Shown here: one piece after another, positions 24,761-37,900 of the stretch
Position numbering within the stretch: the stretch's first letter is position 1
Layout: each line of letters begins with the position of its first letter
NCBI GenBank assembly: GCA_964016885.1
Contig: OZ024741.1
Location: forward strand, 36,642,001-36,706,000
Direction of reading: 5' to 3'
DNA from: Eledone cirrhosa
Lineage: Eukaryota
DNA: 64,000 nucleotides
Translations under genes and position numbers: made by a program
The notes under the pieces: model-generated
What the model was told of the DNA's origin: nothing
Database searches by the model: none
Seen by the model: the letters and a program-made list of their open reading frames with translations, nothing else

Positions 24761-25432
24761 AATTATATATAATTGGATGCTTAGTAAAATCGAATCTTTA
24801 GTGGTGTGCAAGCAAATTCGATCTACTATATGAATGAATGAGTTAGTAAAGCACTCGACAAGGTCGGTCTTTAGAGTAATAACATACGTTTAAATAGCTT
24901 GACAAATTGAACATTGTGGTAGGCAAAATCTAACACACAATACCAAAGTAACGAAAGAACTAACAGGTTGAGAAAAAAAAAATATATATATATATATGTG
25001 CAGCAAATGAGAGGCACAGAAAACTGGGAGAAGGCAAACACATGGAGAATATATATGTGTGTATGTATGTGTGTATATATATATGTGATTATTTCATTCT
25101 TTCTACACCTTTGCAAATATGTTTCGGATACTTATATACGTACATTCCTATAAATATTCTGTAAGTAGCTTTAAATATTTTTTTTCTTAAAATCTTTTCT
25201 TCAATTTTTTCTTCCATCCTAATAGTAACCTCTCTTTCCTTTTCTTGTTAAAAAATAATTCTATTAATTATTTAAATATACCTAGCGTCTAAACATAATG
25301 GTCTTTTTCAGTTTTAATGTTATCCTCATTAGCATATTCATCTCGAGGTCTGAAGTTTTGTTCACTATTTACATAGAACTCATAACATTAAGTTCATATG
25401 TAGATATGTCACTATCTATAAACCAATTTTTG

Positions 25433-25493
25433 TATTTTATCTGATGAGAGCGTACCAAATTACTGGTACCCTTGAAATATATATAATAAAATA
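25433..25493 (+). ncRNA. Minimal type I hammerhead ribozyme motif
   Basis: TATTTTAT-CTGATGA-GAGCGTACCA/aattac/TGGTACCCTT-GAAA-TATATA-TA^ATAAAATA: perfect 8-bp stem I, stem II differs from 11904 copy yet still pairs, palindromic stem III. Confidence 0.8.
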
Positions 25494-25600
25494 AATATGG
25501 TTTTATAAAGATAGTCTCCATTTATTAATATTATTGATATTATACTCCAGAAAATCTTGTTGTAAATTTGTTGAATAATCAACAACTTAAATAACTCATT

Positions 25601-25637
<37 letters not shown>

Positions 25638-27714
25638 CACTGCAAAGTGGCCATGTTGGTGACATGACAAAAAATGCCAGTGTGTAGGTGTCACAACAAA
25701 AAGCACACAATACACACTGTAAATGTAGTTGGGGTTAGGAAGGGCATCCACCCTTAGAAACCCAGTCCAAATCAGTTTTGTATGAGCAAGACATGGTTAC
25801 CTGATTTGGCTTGTCTCCCAACAGGACAATCCGTCTAACCCATGCTAGCATGGGACATTAAATCATATAATCATAAAATGTCCAATTTCCCAGCAAGAAT
25901 TGGATGTGATACCAGCATTAGGAAGGTTGTCTTTGACATAACTAGAAGGTCCTCACAACCATCTGTTTGGCAAGCTTTTTATGGCTGGATGCCCTTCCTA
26001 TCACCAACCACATTACAGCATATACTGGGTAAGTTTATCATATAGATCACCAACACAAGGGAGGTTGTCATGTCTTTGACACAAATGAAGGGTCCTCCCA
26101 ACCCTATTAATATTTTTCTCCTAAAAAACCTTTTCTTCAAAATATCACTGCATCATATCCTGAAAAATACTTTGATTATTATGACAAACAAAAAAAATAT
26201 CAAATTGTTATTGGTATACTTACATCTCAGGTACTATATTGAAAGGTAACCACTTCTCTCTGATAGTATTTATTCTATCAGTAAACTACCTTGCATTTAT
26301 GTGAAGGAAATCAAAGGTTTTGGTCTGACAATAGACAAGATAATTAATCTTATCTATAACATTCTAACAGGTTATATTCTGTACTGGACTGTGGAGCTAT
26401 TTTAGATTTGTGGTAGATGTTAGTATTATGAGTTATCATTTCATGCCTCTTTTTCCATGTTTGTATGGGTTAGATAAAGCCTAGAGTTTATCCTTGTTTC
26501 ATAGACATTATGTGGCTGAGATACACCAGCTGAGTGAACTGGAGCATCGTAAAATTAAGTGCTTTGCTGAAGAACACAACATGTCACCCAGTCTGAGAAT
26601 CAAACCCATGACCTTATGATAGTGAGCTCAGTACTCTAACCACTAGGTCATGCACTTGAACTAGATTCATGATCATTTCATGAAATGTAACAAAGATAAA
26701 GATAAAGCCTTGTAAATTGATGTGATGTTACAGGAAATAATGATAATTGACATTCTACAATTATTTCCGTGACTTGAAAGTTGTTATAAATATTCCAGAA
26801 TCAATGTTTTGTTCTCTATCAACCCTTTTTGATTTCAAATTGCCTGAGATTGCCTTTGGTTCTATGATACAAAACTATCTATTTTAAAGTATTCAGATTT
26901 AAATATAAACCTATCATAGTTTTTTGTAAGAACCTTTTGTTACGTTTATGTTCCAAACACAAACTTTGTAATGTAGAAGTTTTACAATATTCTTAATTCT
27001 TTTTCTTTGCCCACTTATTCCTGAGAGGGTTGTGGGGACAGAGTCCTCAAACACTCCTTACAGTGTGTCTTGTCAGAAGCAACCATCTCCAACTGATCTG
27101 GTTGGATCCCCAAGCGTGACCAGCCAAGCTCATGGATGTTATCCCATCTTGCTCAGGATCTACCCCTGGGTCTCCTGCCAGTTGGTTTTGTCCATAAAAT
27201 CTGTCCAGCGATTCTTTCCTGGGACATTCTAACCACATATTCTTAATTATCTAAAAAAAAATTATTGAAACACATATTTTATCAGAAACATGATCAGAAA
27301 AGTGTTAATAGACAAAATCATCTATATAAGTTGTGTAAGATTGGTAGAGTGGTTAGAGCTTTGGACAAAATCCTTTAGAGTGTGTTTGTTTTAGCTGTTC
27401 ACACTCTGAGTCCAGATAAACATTGCCTTTCATCTTTTTGGAGTTAATAAAATAAAGTACCAAACCAAAAGAAATGGATTGGCAGAAATGTTAAAGTATT
27501 GGATGAGATGCTTTGCAGCAATAGTTCTGGCTCTTTGCGTTCTGAGTTCAAATCCCATTGTGACCTATTTGGACATTAAACTTAATCTTTCACTCAGTTT
27601 AACACCACCACCTGACCTCTGGGTCCTTTTAATGGAGTCTGTTATGTTGCGAACATTCAGGCCTAGTTTCTAGTTTGAGAATAACTCCTCCCTTCCTCTT
27701 ACTATTTCTTCTCT

Positions 27715-27942
27715 AACTCTTTAGTATTTACATTACTCTATATGTACTATTATATTTTCATGGTAAAGGCTTTACCTCACCTAATTATCTCATATAATAT
27801 TGGACCTATGAGATTTTGATATTATTTATGTTGAGAACAATACCTTAACATCAATATGATTAGCTGGTTACTGCTGGTTTGAACAGAAAGAGGTGAGAGA
27901 ATTCTGGCCGGATATGGCCGGTTTAAATGCTAAAGGGCTAAG
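27715..27942. mobile_element. piggyBac-type MITE (family A)
   Basis: TAACTCTTTAGTATTTACATTACTCT ... TTTAAATGCTAAAGGGCTAA. Confidence 0.7.
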
Positions 27943-28997
27943 TCATAAGAAAATACACAACAACAAGCAGTTTAAGGCCATTTTCCTACTAAAACCTTGT
28001 AGGCTCCATGATATGCTTAATTGTTAATGTCCTGTACCACATGAAACCACTTTGAAAAGTGTAAGACAGCACTATGACTGCATCACATTAAAAATTAAAA
28101 GTCTGTAATCTATAAACATTGAATTAACAAACCTGTTTTCTAGATATTTTCTGCTAAATCGTTACATGAAGTTCAACTCATCATGGAGTCCTTTTTGAGG
28201 CAATATTCTATGTCTGGATGCTGTTCCTCGCACCAATATATTTAGTCATCTCTTACATGCAAGGATATAGTGTACCAATTCTAAACCGGATGCACACAGT
28301 TGTCATAAGAAAAACAAAGGATAAATAATAATTGCTGCACTGTAGATGAGTCATGTGGGAGTTTTAAATGCTTCTAATTTGTAAAAAATGTTAAACACAT
28401 TTTTCAAGTATCACTTTAAAGGGTTATCCAGGGCCACACTATTGTTGCTGAAGATATCTCATGACGTGTACATCTGGTTTCCTTTCCTGGCTTAGCAAAA
28501 ATTTTGATAGTGAGGGCAATAACAAAATAAACATTATATGTCAAAAGGATTGTCTTTATGAAAAGCCACCTACTCATTTTCAAAAGAAACAATATTTCGG
28601 AAACATTCCAATGGAAATATTCAACAATTATAAAAATAACAAAGATATTATTAACCAGCCAGATAGGCAAATGAAAACATACATATAGGTTCAGACATGA
28701 CTGTGTGACTAAAAAGTTCATTTTGCAATAACGTACTTTCATATTCAGTCCTGTTACACCCTTTTTTCCCTGATACATGGTAGATCTATTAAAAAGACTC
28801 TCTTGGGTCCAGAGCTTATTCTAGCTTCATGAGTATTAAGCGACTGAGAGTACAAAACTAGTCCCCTCAGCTGGGTGCCAGTCCATCACAGGATTAGTTC
28901 CCAGCTATTGATGCTCATTTTCAGTTTAGTTAATTGGAGTAATTTAAAATAAAGTGTCTTACTCAAGAACACACTGGACTGCTTGGTCTGGTAATAG

Positions 28998-29268
28998 AAT
29001 CCATGTTATGATCATGAGCTCAAATCCACATTAGAATTTGAGCTTAAATCCACATTATGATCTTGAGATCAAATCCATGTTATGATTCTGAGATCAAATT
29101 TACATTACAGTCATGAGCCCAAATCCACATGATCTTGAGCCTAAATCCATGTTATGATCCTGTACTCAAATTAATTTTACAATCACAAACCTAAATTCAT
29201 GTTATAATCGTGAGCCCAAATTTATGTTATGATTATAAACCCTAATCCGTGTTATAATCAAGAGTTCA
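28998..29268. repeat. ~25-bp minisatellite (about 10-11 copies) inside the tRNA head of a V-like SINE (28800-29285, minus)
   Basis: AAATCCATGTTATGATC.TGAGC.C repeated, between SINE body and terminal CACCCTCACCACTAA. Confidence 0.8.
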
Positions 29269-29597
29269 ACACCCTCACCACTAAACAGAATACACTTTGA
29301 AGATATTGCATCATATTAGAGGGGTATTGGTAACAATCTTTAGATCTATCACAGAAAGCTATTTTGGAAGGAGATATGTAAAAGTCATGACTCACCCTTT
29401 GCTGAGCTGAACATGAACTCGTGCTAAAATAAAGGTGCAGTTAACAGGATCACCATTATTATTTCTTTAAGAATCCACATATACCCAACCCACATGATTC
29501 TGATTTAGTTTATGTTTCAATTAAATGTTATTTGTAATTGTAATTTCAAAGAAACTGTATTTTGGTGCTGGGATTGGCTTAGTACATTAACCGTTTG

Positions 29598-29625
<28 letters not shown>

Positions 29626-29630
<5 letters not shown>

Positions 29631-30001
29631 TAAAAGAATAGAGGTGTAACACACGAGTTATGATATATTGGTAAACGGAAAAGAAAATGCTGACAAATTG
29701 TTCCCAGTGAAAAATAGTTTAATTAGGAATAAGTAAAAATTAGTAATAGTATTGGTTAGTATTCAGTTTTGGTTTTAAGTTTTACCGGTTGCGCATTTCT
29801 AATGCTTTTCAAAAATAATTTTGAGATAGAGCGCCTGTAATGTTTGCTCTAATCTGATTAGTTTTGGAAATTCTGTTTTATGTGAAAAAAGTGGCTCCAG
29901 ATGTATTAAAATAAGTTTTGCGCCAATTCGTGTTGCAAAAATTCTTGTGGTCAAAACAATTTTGATTGGTCGGTAGAGGTCATGTGAATGTTAAAAATTG
30001 A
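29626..30001 (-). repeat. 3' pseudo-LTR of the Penelope-like element
   Basis: Direct repeat of 34449-34828 with a few substitutions and one 4-nt indel. Confidence 0.93.
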
Positions 30002-30826
30002 TTTTGCGCTAAATGTAGGTTTGTGTCGGCTGATTGAGAAGTCACTGAAAAATAAGTCTTTTAAAACAAATATGTGTGTGTGTGTGTGTGTGTGTAGTAG
30101 TAGTAGTAAAGAGGTTCGTTGTGATAATGGTCAGCAGGGATGTGTGTGCGAACCGCAGCCTGTTGACAGTTCAAATGCCTATTAAGACAAGTGTGTGTGT
30201 GTGTGTGTGTGTGTGTAGCAGAGTAATTCGTGGTAGAGGGATGGTCAGTAGGAATGTGTCTGTACGTGTGTGGGGGATATTTTAATATGTCAAAAGATAT
30301 TTTTCAGCTCTTGTCTTATACGGAGAAGTGTGTGTGTGTGTCTCTCTTTGTATGTTAATGTACACATGTGTATGTGTGTGTATATATATGTGTGTGTGGG
30401 TGGACCAGTATTTTTGTGATACTGGTAAAAATGGTGTACATTATTCGATATTTTCAGTAAAAACGATTCTCTCAATAGAACATCAAAAACCTTAATAATA
30501 AAAGGTGTGAAATGATATACAGTATTGGCATAAGACCAAGGTGTGTGTGAGTGTCCAGATTGTACGAACTGCAAAGGGAATCCATTAGGCCTTGCCGTAT
30601 TGGAATACTTGTGTACAAATATGTATGTGCCCATCAGTGTGCAATGCATGTGTGCGTTTATGTATGTGTGTGTGTGTCGGCACGTTTATATCTATAGATA
30701 TCAAAAGGTATGCAAATTTGTGTATATTTGTGTTGCACCATAGAACATGTGTGTTTACGTATGTCATTGTGTTTATATGTGGATAGAGATGTATGCTGAT
30801 GTAGGTATGTATGTTGTGGGTTCGTC

Positions 30827-33800
30827 TTAGGGAGAAGTGTTTAGACGGGGTCCGTATTTGTTAAAAAAGTGAGATTCCTTGCTGATGCGCTGGGTGTGGG
30901 TGGCATTATCTTTAAATTTGTAGAGGGGAAAGATTCTGAAGTTGGGATGATTTGGGGTGGCACAGGTATCAATGTGTTCACTCAGTGGTATTTTCCTGTA
31001 TTCCCGTATTTTAATTTGGGATCTATGGACAGTCATGCGTTGGCAGAGGCTGTTTTTGGTCTGGCCTATGTATTGTTCTCGACAACCTGAGCAAGTTAAT
31101 ACATATATTAGATTTTCTGATGCGCATGTGAAATTGTGTTTTACTATAAAACGTTGTCCTTCTTTGAAATAGAATTTCGAACCCTCTATTAGGTTGATGC
31201 ATATGCCACAGTTGGGTCTATCGCATTTTTTTACTGTGGGTTTCGTTGTTGTGGTTGGCAGTACTTTGGCATGTGTTAGGATGTTTTTCATTGACTTAGA
31301 TTGTCTTTTGCTCTTTATGATATCGTGTGTTCGTAGGATTTGGTTCATTCTATGGTCCTTTTTCAACACAGGGATGTTCTGGAGGATGGTGTCAAAGGCC
31401 TCATTGTTGAGGGGGTTGTGTGTGGAGATGTATGGAAGAGCTTTTAGTTTCGGTTGATTTACTTTAGGGTATCTAAGGTCCTGGGTACTGAGTTTTAGGG
31501 CACGTTGGATTCCATTGTCAATTAGTGATGCAGGGTAGTCCCTGCCTATGAGTGTGTCCTTTAGTTCTTCTAGCCGTAAGTAGCAGGTGTTTTTATTGGA
31601 GACTATAGTACAGATTCTCTTGGCTAAGTTGTAGGGAATATTAATTTTAACGTGTCTAGGGTGGCAAGAGTTGAAAGGAAGATATTGCTTGGAGTCTGTG
31701 GGCTTGTAGTATATGTCTGTTTCTATTTTTTAGTTATGGATCTTAATGAGGATGTCGAGGAAGGGGAGTTGTTGATGTCTGTATTCCATCCTGAAGTTAA
31801 TATTCGTGTTGAGCCCATTTATAAGGGTGTGAAATTCTTTAAGTTTCTCGATGTTTTTGTGCCAAAGGATAAAGCAGTCATCTAGATATCGCTTCCAGTT
31901 CCTTTCTATGTGTAAGTGGAAGGTGTTTCCAAATTTGTTTAGGACTTTAGTGTAGAGGGTGATTTCCAGGTATCCCATGACTAGGTTGGCATAAGTGGGG
32001 GCTGTTTTCGTTCCCATAGCGGTCCCAGATTTCTGCCTGTAGGGTTTGTTATTGAAAACGAAGTAATTGTTCTCCAAGATAAATTTGAGTCCCTCTATCA
32101 CGAATTCTTTTTTGATGCGTTGTGGGAGTTCATTGTGGTAATTATCCAGCCAGAATTGGATAGCTTCTATTCCTAGGTTGTGGGGGATGTTGGAGTATAG
32201 GTTGACTACATCGAACGTCACTAGTAGGGTTTGTTCAGAAAGTGGCATATTAGGGAGGTGATTGAGCATATCTAGGTCGTCCCTTATATAGCTTTTGATG
32301 TGTTTGAGAAAAGGCTTGAGAAGGGTATCAATGAAGTTGCTAAGGCGGTGGGTTTCGCAAGCGGGGCCTGCTATTATAGGTCTTAATTTGAGATCATTGG
32401 GTGAGGGGACATTGATGACTATGTCTGTGGCTTCCTTGCATGCCTTACTTATTAATTCGCTTTTATGTACTTTAGGGATACCGTAGAAAAGGCTGGATTT
32501 ACTTGTGAAGTCTGTGATGAAGCTGAATTCCTTGTTAGTGAGTCCTTCTTTGTATTGGTTGATCAGAGTTTTTAGGTTTCTCATAATCTTCTGTTGATTG
32601 TAGTGTTCAGCCTTTTCGTAGTATGTTTCGTTTTCCAAAGTGGAGAGCGCTAAGTTGATATAGAATTCTGTCTCCCATTAGGACTACTGTACTCTCTTTA
32701 TCAGCCTCTTTAATTGTAATGGTTGTGTCGGTTTTTAATCTATTTAATTCTTCCCATTCTTTCTTGTTGAGCTTTGGCTTGTGTTTTTGTCTGTGCAAGT
32801 GTTGGTAAGGGAAGTTTGTGATGTGTTCACAGAATTCGTCCAGGATTTTATTTCTACCTTTTGATGGGGTGTAATTGCTTCTATTTCTGGCTAATGATTC
32901 ATCCTCATTGTACTGGTCGAATGGTTCTTCACTGAGTCGTAACTTTCTACAGAAGTCTGTGATGTCTTCCTTCATTTCATAGTAGTTAGGACGTAGTGGG
33001 GTCGGTGTGAATTTAAGACCTTTGGAGAGTAAGTTGATAAGGTTGGGTGTTGGTTCTGCACTAGTTAGATTGATAATTTTTATTACTCTCGGTTTCTCCT
33101 CCCTGTCTTGTGTTATTTTGTTTGCCTGTATCTGTGTGCTGTGTCTAAAAAATGGTTGGGGTAGAGGGGTTGTCTGCTGATGTTAAGTGGTCTCCCGTGT
33201 TTGTTATATTCCTTCTTGTTGTAAAATGAGGTTCGGGTTCCTGGTTGTAGATTGAATGGGGTGTTCCTGTATTGCAAGTATGGATGTGTGTTTCTATGTG
33301 CCATGTTGGATTGTGGTGTTATAGGTGGCCTACGGTGTTGGTTGTATCGTGTGGTGTGGGTTTGTTGTGTATTGTGGAAGCGAGAGTTGAGAAAATGGAA
33401 ATTACCTTGCTGTCCCCTTAAAGCGGGGAAGTTGTTACATCTATCATGGTGGTGTTATCTTTTCCCTATGTTTGACGATGAGGCATCCGCGTAGTAGTTG
33501 AGTGATTTGGTATGGTGTCTCCTTGAAGGGGGAAAGTTGTAAATGTCATTCTGGGGGAGATGATTTCTAGGGTTTTTGTTCCTTCTTATGGTAGCGAGGT
33601 TGGGAAGTTCATCTTCGGTGTGGTGCTTCCTTCTTCTTTTGTTAGTGGCTGGGGGGTTTGCGAAGTTGTTGTGCGGCTCAGTTATGGGTTTTCCTATTTT
33701 TATGAACGGGATATTGGAGGTGTAATCCATTTGAAAAGTCGATTCATAGTGTAGGAACCAAGCGGCACTTTTTTCTCAGCGTTGAAGGGATTTCAGTTCT

Positions 33801-34423
33801 TCTCTGTTGCAGTCCCCTTTCCATAATTTAGAGATCTTCTATACCTTGGGGCCTTCAGTCTTATTGTTGATTTCCAGGAGGATCTCTTCATCAATGGTTT
33901 TGATTTTTTCCTCATTTGTCTGGGCCCTCAATTTAAGAAGTTCAATTTCTGTCTTCATTTTTTCCAATGCCATTCTTTCCCTAAGGTGTCTTTGAGGTTC
34001 GGGTTCATTTGGAATGAACTCTATTTGTATTTTACGGGGGAGAGTTAGAGGGGTTGAGTTAAGCCATTTTTCATAAATCTCCGCTTTGTTGTGATTTTGT
34101 ATCATCTTCCAGAAGGAGAACTTTCTGTCTCTGAGGGATTTGTTCCATTTTGGAATTGTTCGAATTTTCATTTTGTATGAATCAATCTCACATGGTTCTT
34201 CATTGGTTTTTCCTGGGTTGGTAGTAGTGAACATAGTTTGGATAGTATCGCAAAGGTTTTGAAGTTTATCGCCGATTTCGGAGGGTTTGTATCCGGTGAC
34301 GGTTTCCTCATTTGTGGAGTCAAGTTTGTCGACCAGCACAGATAGGTTGGTGTTAATTTTCTTGAGTTCCTGTAGAATCTCTTCATTTGTGTTGATAAGA
34401 GTTGTATCTGTTTTTGTTGGCAT
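30827..34423 (-). pseudogene. Penelope-like polyprotein (long N-terminal region, RT, thumb, Cys-rich linker, GIY-YIG endonuclease), broken by frameshifts and stops
   Basis: FYGIPKVHK, LRPIIAG, LVTFDVVNLYSNIP, QKSGTAMG, WKRYLDD, LPFLDI (31730..32638); CDRPNCGIC, CASENLIYVLTCSGCREQYIGQT, RMTVHR (30827..31369); ATG at 34423 just past the pLTR. Confidence 0.93.
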
Positions 34424-34448
34424 TTTCTGTATCTCGTGTGAGGGTATG

Positions 34449-34828
34449 ATATTTAAAAGAATAGAGGTGTAACACACGAGTTATGATATATTGGTAAACG
34501 GAAAAGAAAATGCTGACAAATTGTTCCCAGTGAAAAATAGTTTAATTAGGAATAAGTAAAAATTAGTAATAGTATTGGTTAGTATTCAGTTTTGGTTTTA
34601 AGTTTTACCGGTTGCGCATTTCTAATGCTTTTCAAAAATAATTTTGAGATAGAGTGCCCGTGGTGTTTGCTCTAATCTGATTAGTTTTGGAAATTCTACC
34701 TGTTTTATGTGAAAAAAGTGGCTCCAGATGTATTAAAATAAGTTTCGCGCCAACTCGTGTTGCAAAAATTCTTGTGGTTAAAACAACTTTGATTGGTCGG
34801 TAGAGGTCATGTGAATGTTAAAAATTGA
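34449..34828 (-). repeat. 5' pseudo-LTR
   Basis: Direct repeat of 29626-30001. Confidence 0.93.
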
Positions 34829-34954
34829 AATGCGCAACCGGTAAAACTTAAAACCAAAATTGAATACTAACCAATACTATTACTAATTTTTACTTATTCC
34901 TAATTAAACTATTTTTCACTGGGAACAATTTGTCAGCATTTTCTTTTCCGTTTA

Positions 34955-34964
<10 letters not shown>
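34827..34964 (+). repeat. Inverted partial pseudo-LTR
   Basis: Reverse complement of ~34486-34622 (GAAATGCGCAACCGG...CCGTTTACCAATATAT). Confidence 0.92.
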
Positions 34965-34993
<29 letters not shown>

Positions 34994-37900
34994 TCATATC
35001 ATCATTTTACATCCACTTTTCCCTAAAATGATGATATGATGATGATATATATATATATAGAGAGAGATAGAGCAAACGGTTAATGTACTAAGCCAGGTAA
35101 GAGCAGACTTCAGATCGCTGAAACTCACGGAGGAGATGACGAAGGACTGTGACAAGTGGAGAGATGCTGTGCTGAATAGGACCCGTCCCACCCTTACAAG
35201 CAGGGAAAAGCGGACGTAAAATGATGATGTTGATGATAATATCATATATATATATATATAGTAGTAATAATAAATGTGAAGACTAAAATCCAAAGAGGGC
35301 TTGATAAGGATAAATATATATCAAATATATAAGAACCATAGAGCAAAGTATTGTCTCCCTGCGTTCACAGATTGATTTTTTTAGTTTCAGAAGATCCTGT
35401 TAATGGTGAAAGCAACGATTCTTCGCTTAAATTTTAATCTGTTATTTTAATAAATATATATATATATTTCTATATATATATATATATTGAGCAAGACACT
35501 TTATTTCTCATTGCTCCAGTTTAATCAGCTGTAGAAATGAGATGATAGGGACTGGGGTCTCTATCATCCCACTGCAAAGTGGTCGTGGAGGTGCCATGGC
35601 AAAAAAGCACCCAGCTCTGACTATAAATGAGGTTGGTGTTAGGAAGGGCATCCGGCTGTAGAAATCAAGCCAGAATCAGTTCCCGTCCCACCCTTGCAAG
35701 CAGGGAAAAGCGGACGTAAAATGATGATGATGATATATATATATAATTTCATCCTTACGGAGTCGATAAAATAAAGTACCAGTAATGAACTGAGTAATTG
35801 CTGGCCTTGTGCAAAAAATAGAAACAATTATATATATATATCATCATCATCATCATCATCACTGTTTTATGTCCGTTCTTCCACGATAGCATAGGTTAGG
35901 CGGGTTGTCCTGTTGTGGGCAGTGTCCAGAACAAAGGGGACGGAGTAAGAGCACAGTCTCACCTGTTGGTAAGAGCACAGTCTCACCTGTTGGTGCAAAG
36001 CCAGTCAGGTGTTAAGAGAGCAATCTAGCTGAACTTATCAAGGGCTACAGTTCATATATGGGCATGCAGTCAAAACAAAAAAAGCAGAAATGTTACAGCA
36101 AATAATCCTAAAAATTTTTTGTTTTTCTTGTCTGTCACTGGGAGTGGTCAATGATCTGGGATGTCATGTACATGGTTTGAACTGGCCTGAAGAACAAAGA
36201 GGACGGAGTAAGAGCACAGTCTCACCTGTTGGTGCAAAGCCAGTCAGGTGTTAAGAGAGCAATCTTTACAATTATCTTTCATTTATAGAGACAGTAACCT
36301 ACAATTCAAAGAGGTAAGAAAGAATCAAGGAAGGTAGTTAGAGAGTGTAACTAACTATGCCAAATCTAACACTTTAGCTAAAGAGCGAAGCATTTAGATC
36401 ATCATCATCATCATCATCATCACTGTTTTATGTCCGTTCTTCCACGCTAGCATGGGTTAGATGGGTTGTCCTGTTGTGGGCAGTGTCCAGTCGGCTGACT
36501 TTGTCTTGCTCATGCAGGAACTGATTCTGGTTTGATTTCTACAGCTGGATGCCCTTCCTAACACCAACCTCATTTACAGTGAGTGCTGGGTGCTTTTTTC
36601 CCTTGATAAGTTCAGCTAGATTCCCGCCATTCTAATACTGCTGGCTTAGTTTGAATCTAGCTGTCGAAATGGTCGAAGCTCAGCTGTCGGGGTCCTGACT
36701 CTTTTCCTATTACCCACTCTATTAACCTAATTATCGAGTACTCTGATGTGTCACCTAGTATCTTACCACACCTTCTTTGTTATATATATATATATATATA
36801 TATATGTTTACCCTGAAAATATATATATATTTACCCTGTAAAGTGGTTGATTAGGTGCCACAACATAAAGCACCCTGTACTCACTGTAAATGTGGTTGGC
36901 GTGAGGAAGAGTATCTGTATGAGCATGACATAGCCACCTGACCTAGCATTGTTTGTAATGGGATAACTCCTCTAACCCATGCCAGTGTGGAAAAATGGAC
37001 ACAAAACGGTGATGATGATGATATATATATATAAAATAGTATTTTGTTTGAAAGCTATCACAATGTGAATTGGACTGTTAATGTTAAAAATATAACAATG
37101 ATGTTGGTTTACAGTCCAATTCACCTTGTAGTTATTTATAGGTCCTTATATTTCAGGATAAAATCCTTTCATCAAAAGATCCATAATAAAATACACCCAG
37201 TACACTCTGTAAAGTGGTTGATGATATGTAGAGAATCCATTCATAGAAGTCATAATTAAAAATAGAATGTGTGTGTGAGACATGCCCATTTGGAGGTACA
37301 ATAACTGAATAATATATGCTTTGGACCATGACAATCCATATAATGCAAGCTAGCGTGGAAAGGCAGTTATAAGATGATGATGATAATGATTACTATGCAG
37401 GTAATATACAAACTATATATATTACAACACAGGTACTAAATAAATAGCTGGTTTCTGACTAAACAGTTTTGATTTGTTTTTTCAGCTGGGTCAGCTGTAG
37501 CAACAATAAAATGTATCTTCATCAAGAACACACTGCTGTACCTGGTTCAGAAATTGAACCCTTAAGTTCATGATCATGAGCCTAACACTGTAACCACTAA
37601 GTTGCATGCCTTCACTTGTGCTTGTGAAACAAACTTCTTAACCCTTTCATGACCATGTTGCTAATGAAATACACTCTATTTCAATTTGTTAATGAAGAAT
37701 TTTGAGTGATTTACTAAAATTATTATTTTGATACTTATATAGTAACTTGATGTAAGGTTCTTATATAAAATTAAGTTGGAAGATTTTAATTTAAATTGGA
37801 AACCTTTAAAATGGGTGGTTTTATTTCATAGAATCAGAACTGGTTTTGGCCAGGATGGTAACAAATGAGGTTCAGCCCAATGATACCAATCTGCCTCAAA

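Larger units (their letters stand above)
29626..34964 (-). mobile_element. Penelope-like retroelement (probably Neptune-type), near full length, with pseudo-LTRs
   Basis: RT plus C-terminal GIY-YIG endonuclease; ~378-bp direct repeats at both ends; 5' inverted fragment; inserted in (TA)n. Confidence 0.93.

Noticed and set aside
26224-26325. Minus-strand exon candidate with good gtaagt donor
   Set aside because: Stops in all three frames from the best acceptor.
28416-28778. Overlapping 120-aa and 75-aa ORFs
   Set aside because: AT-rich, no motifs and no convincing splice or start context.
29780-29815. Possible hammerhead in the Penelope pLTR (minus: TTGAAAA-GCATTA-GAAA-TGCGCA-AC)
   Set aside because: No stem II or stem I pairing and no U at position 16.1.
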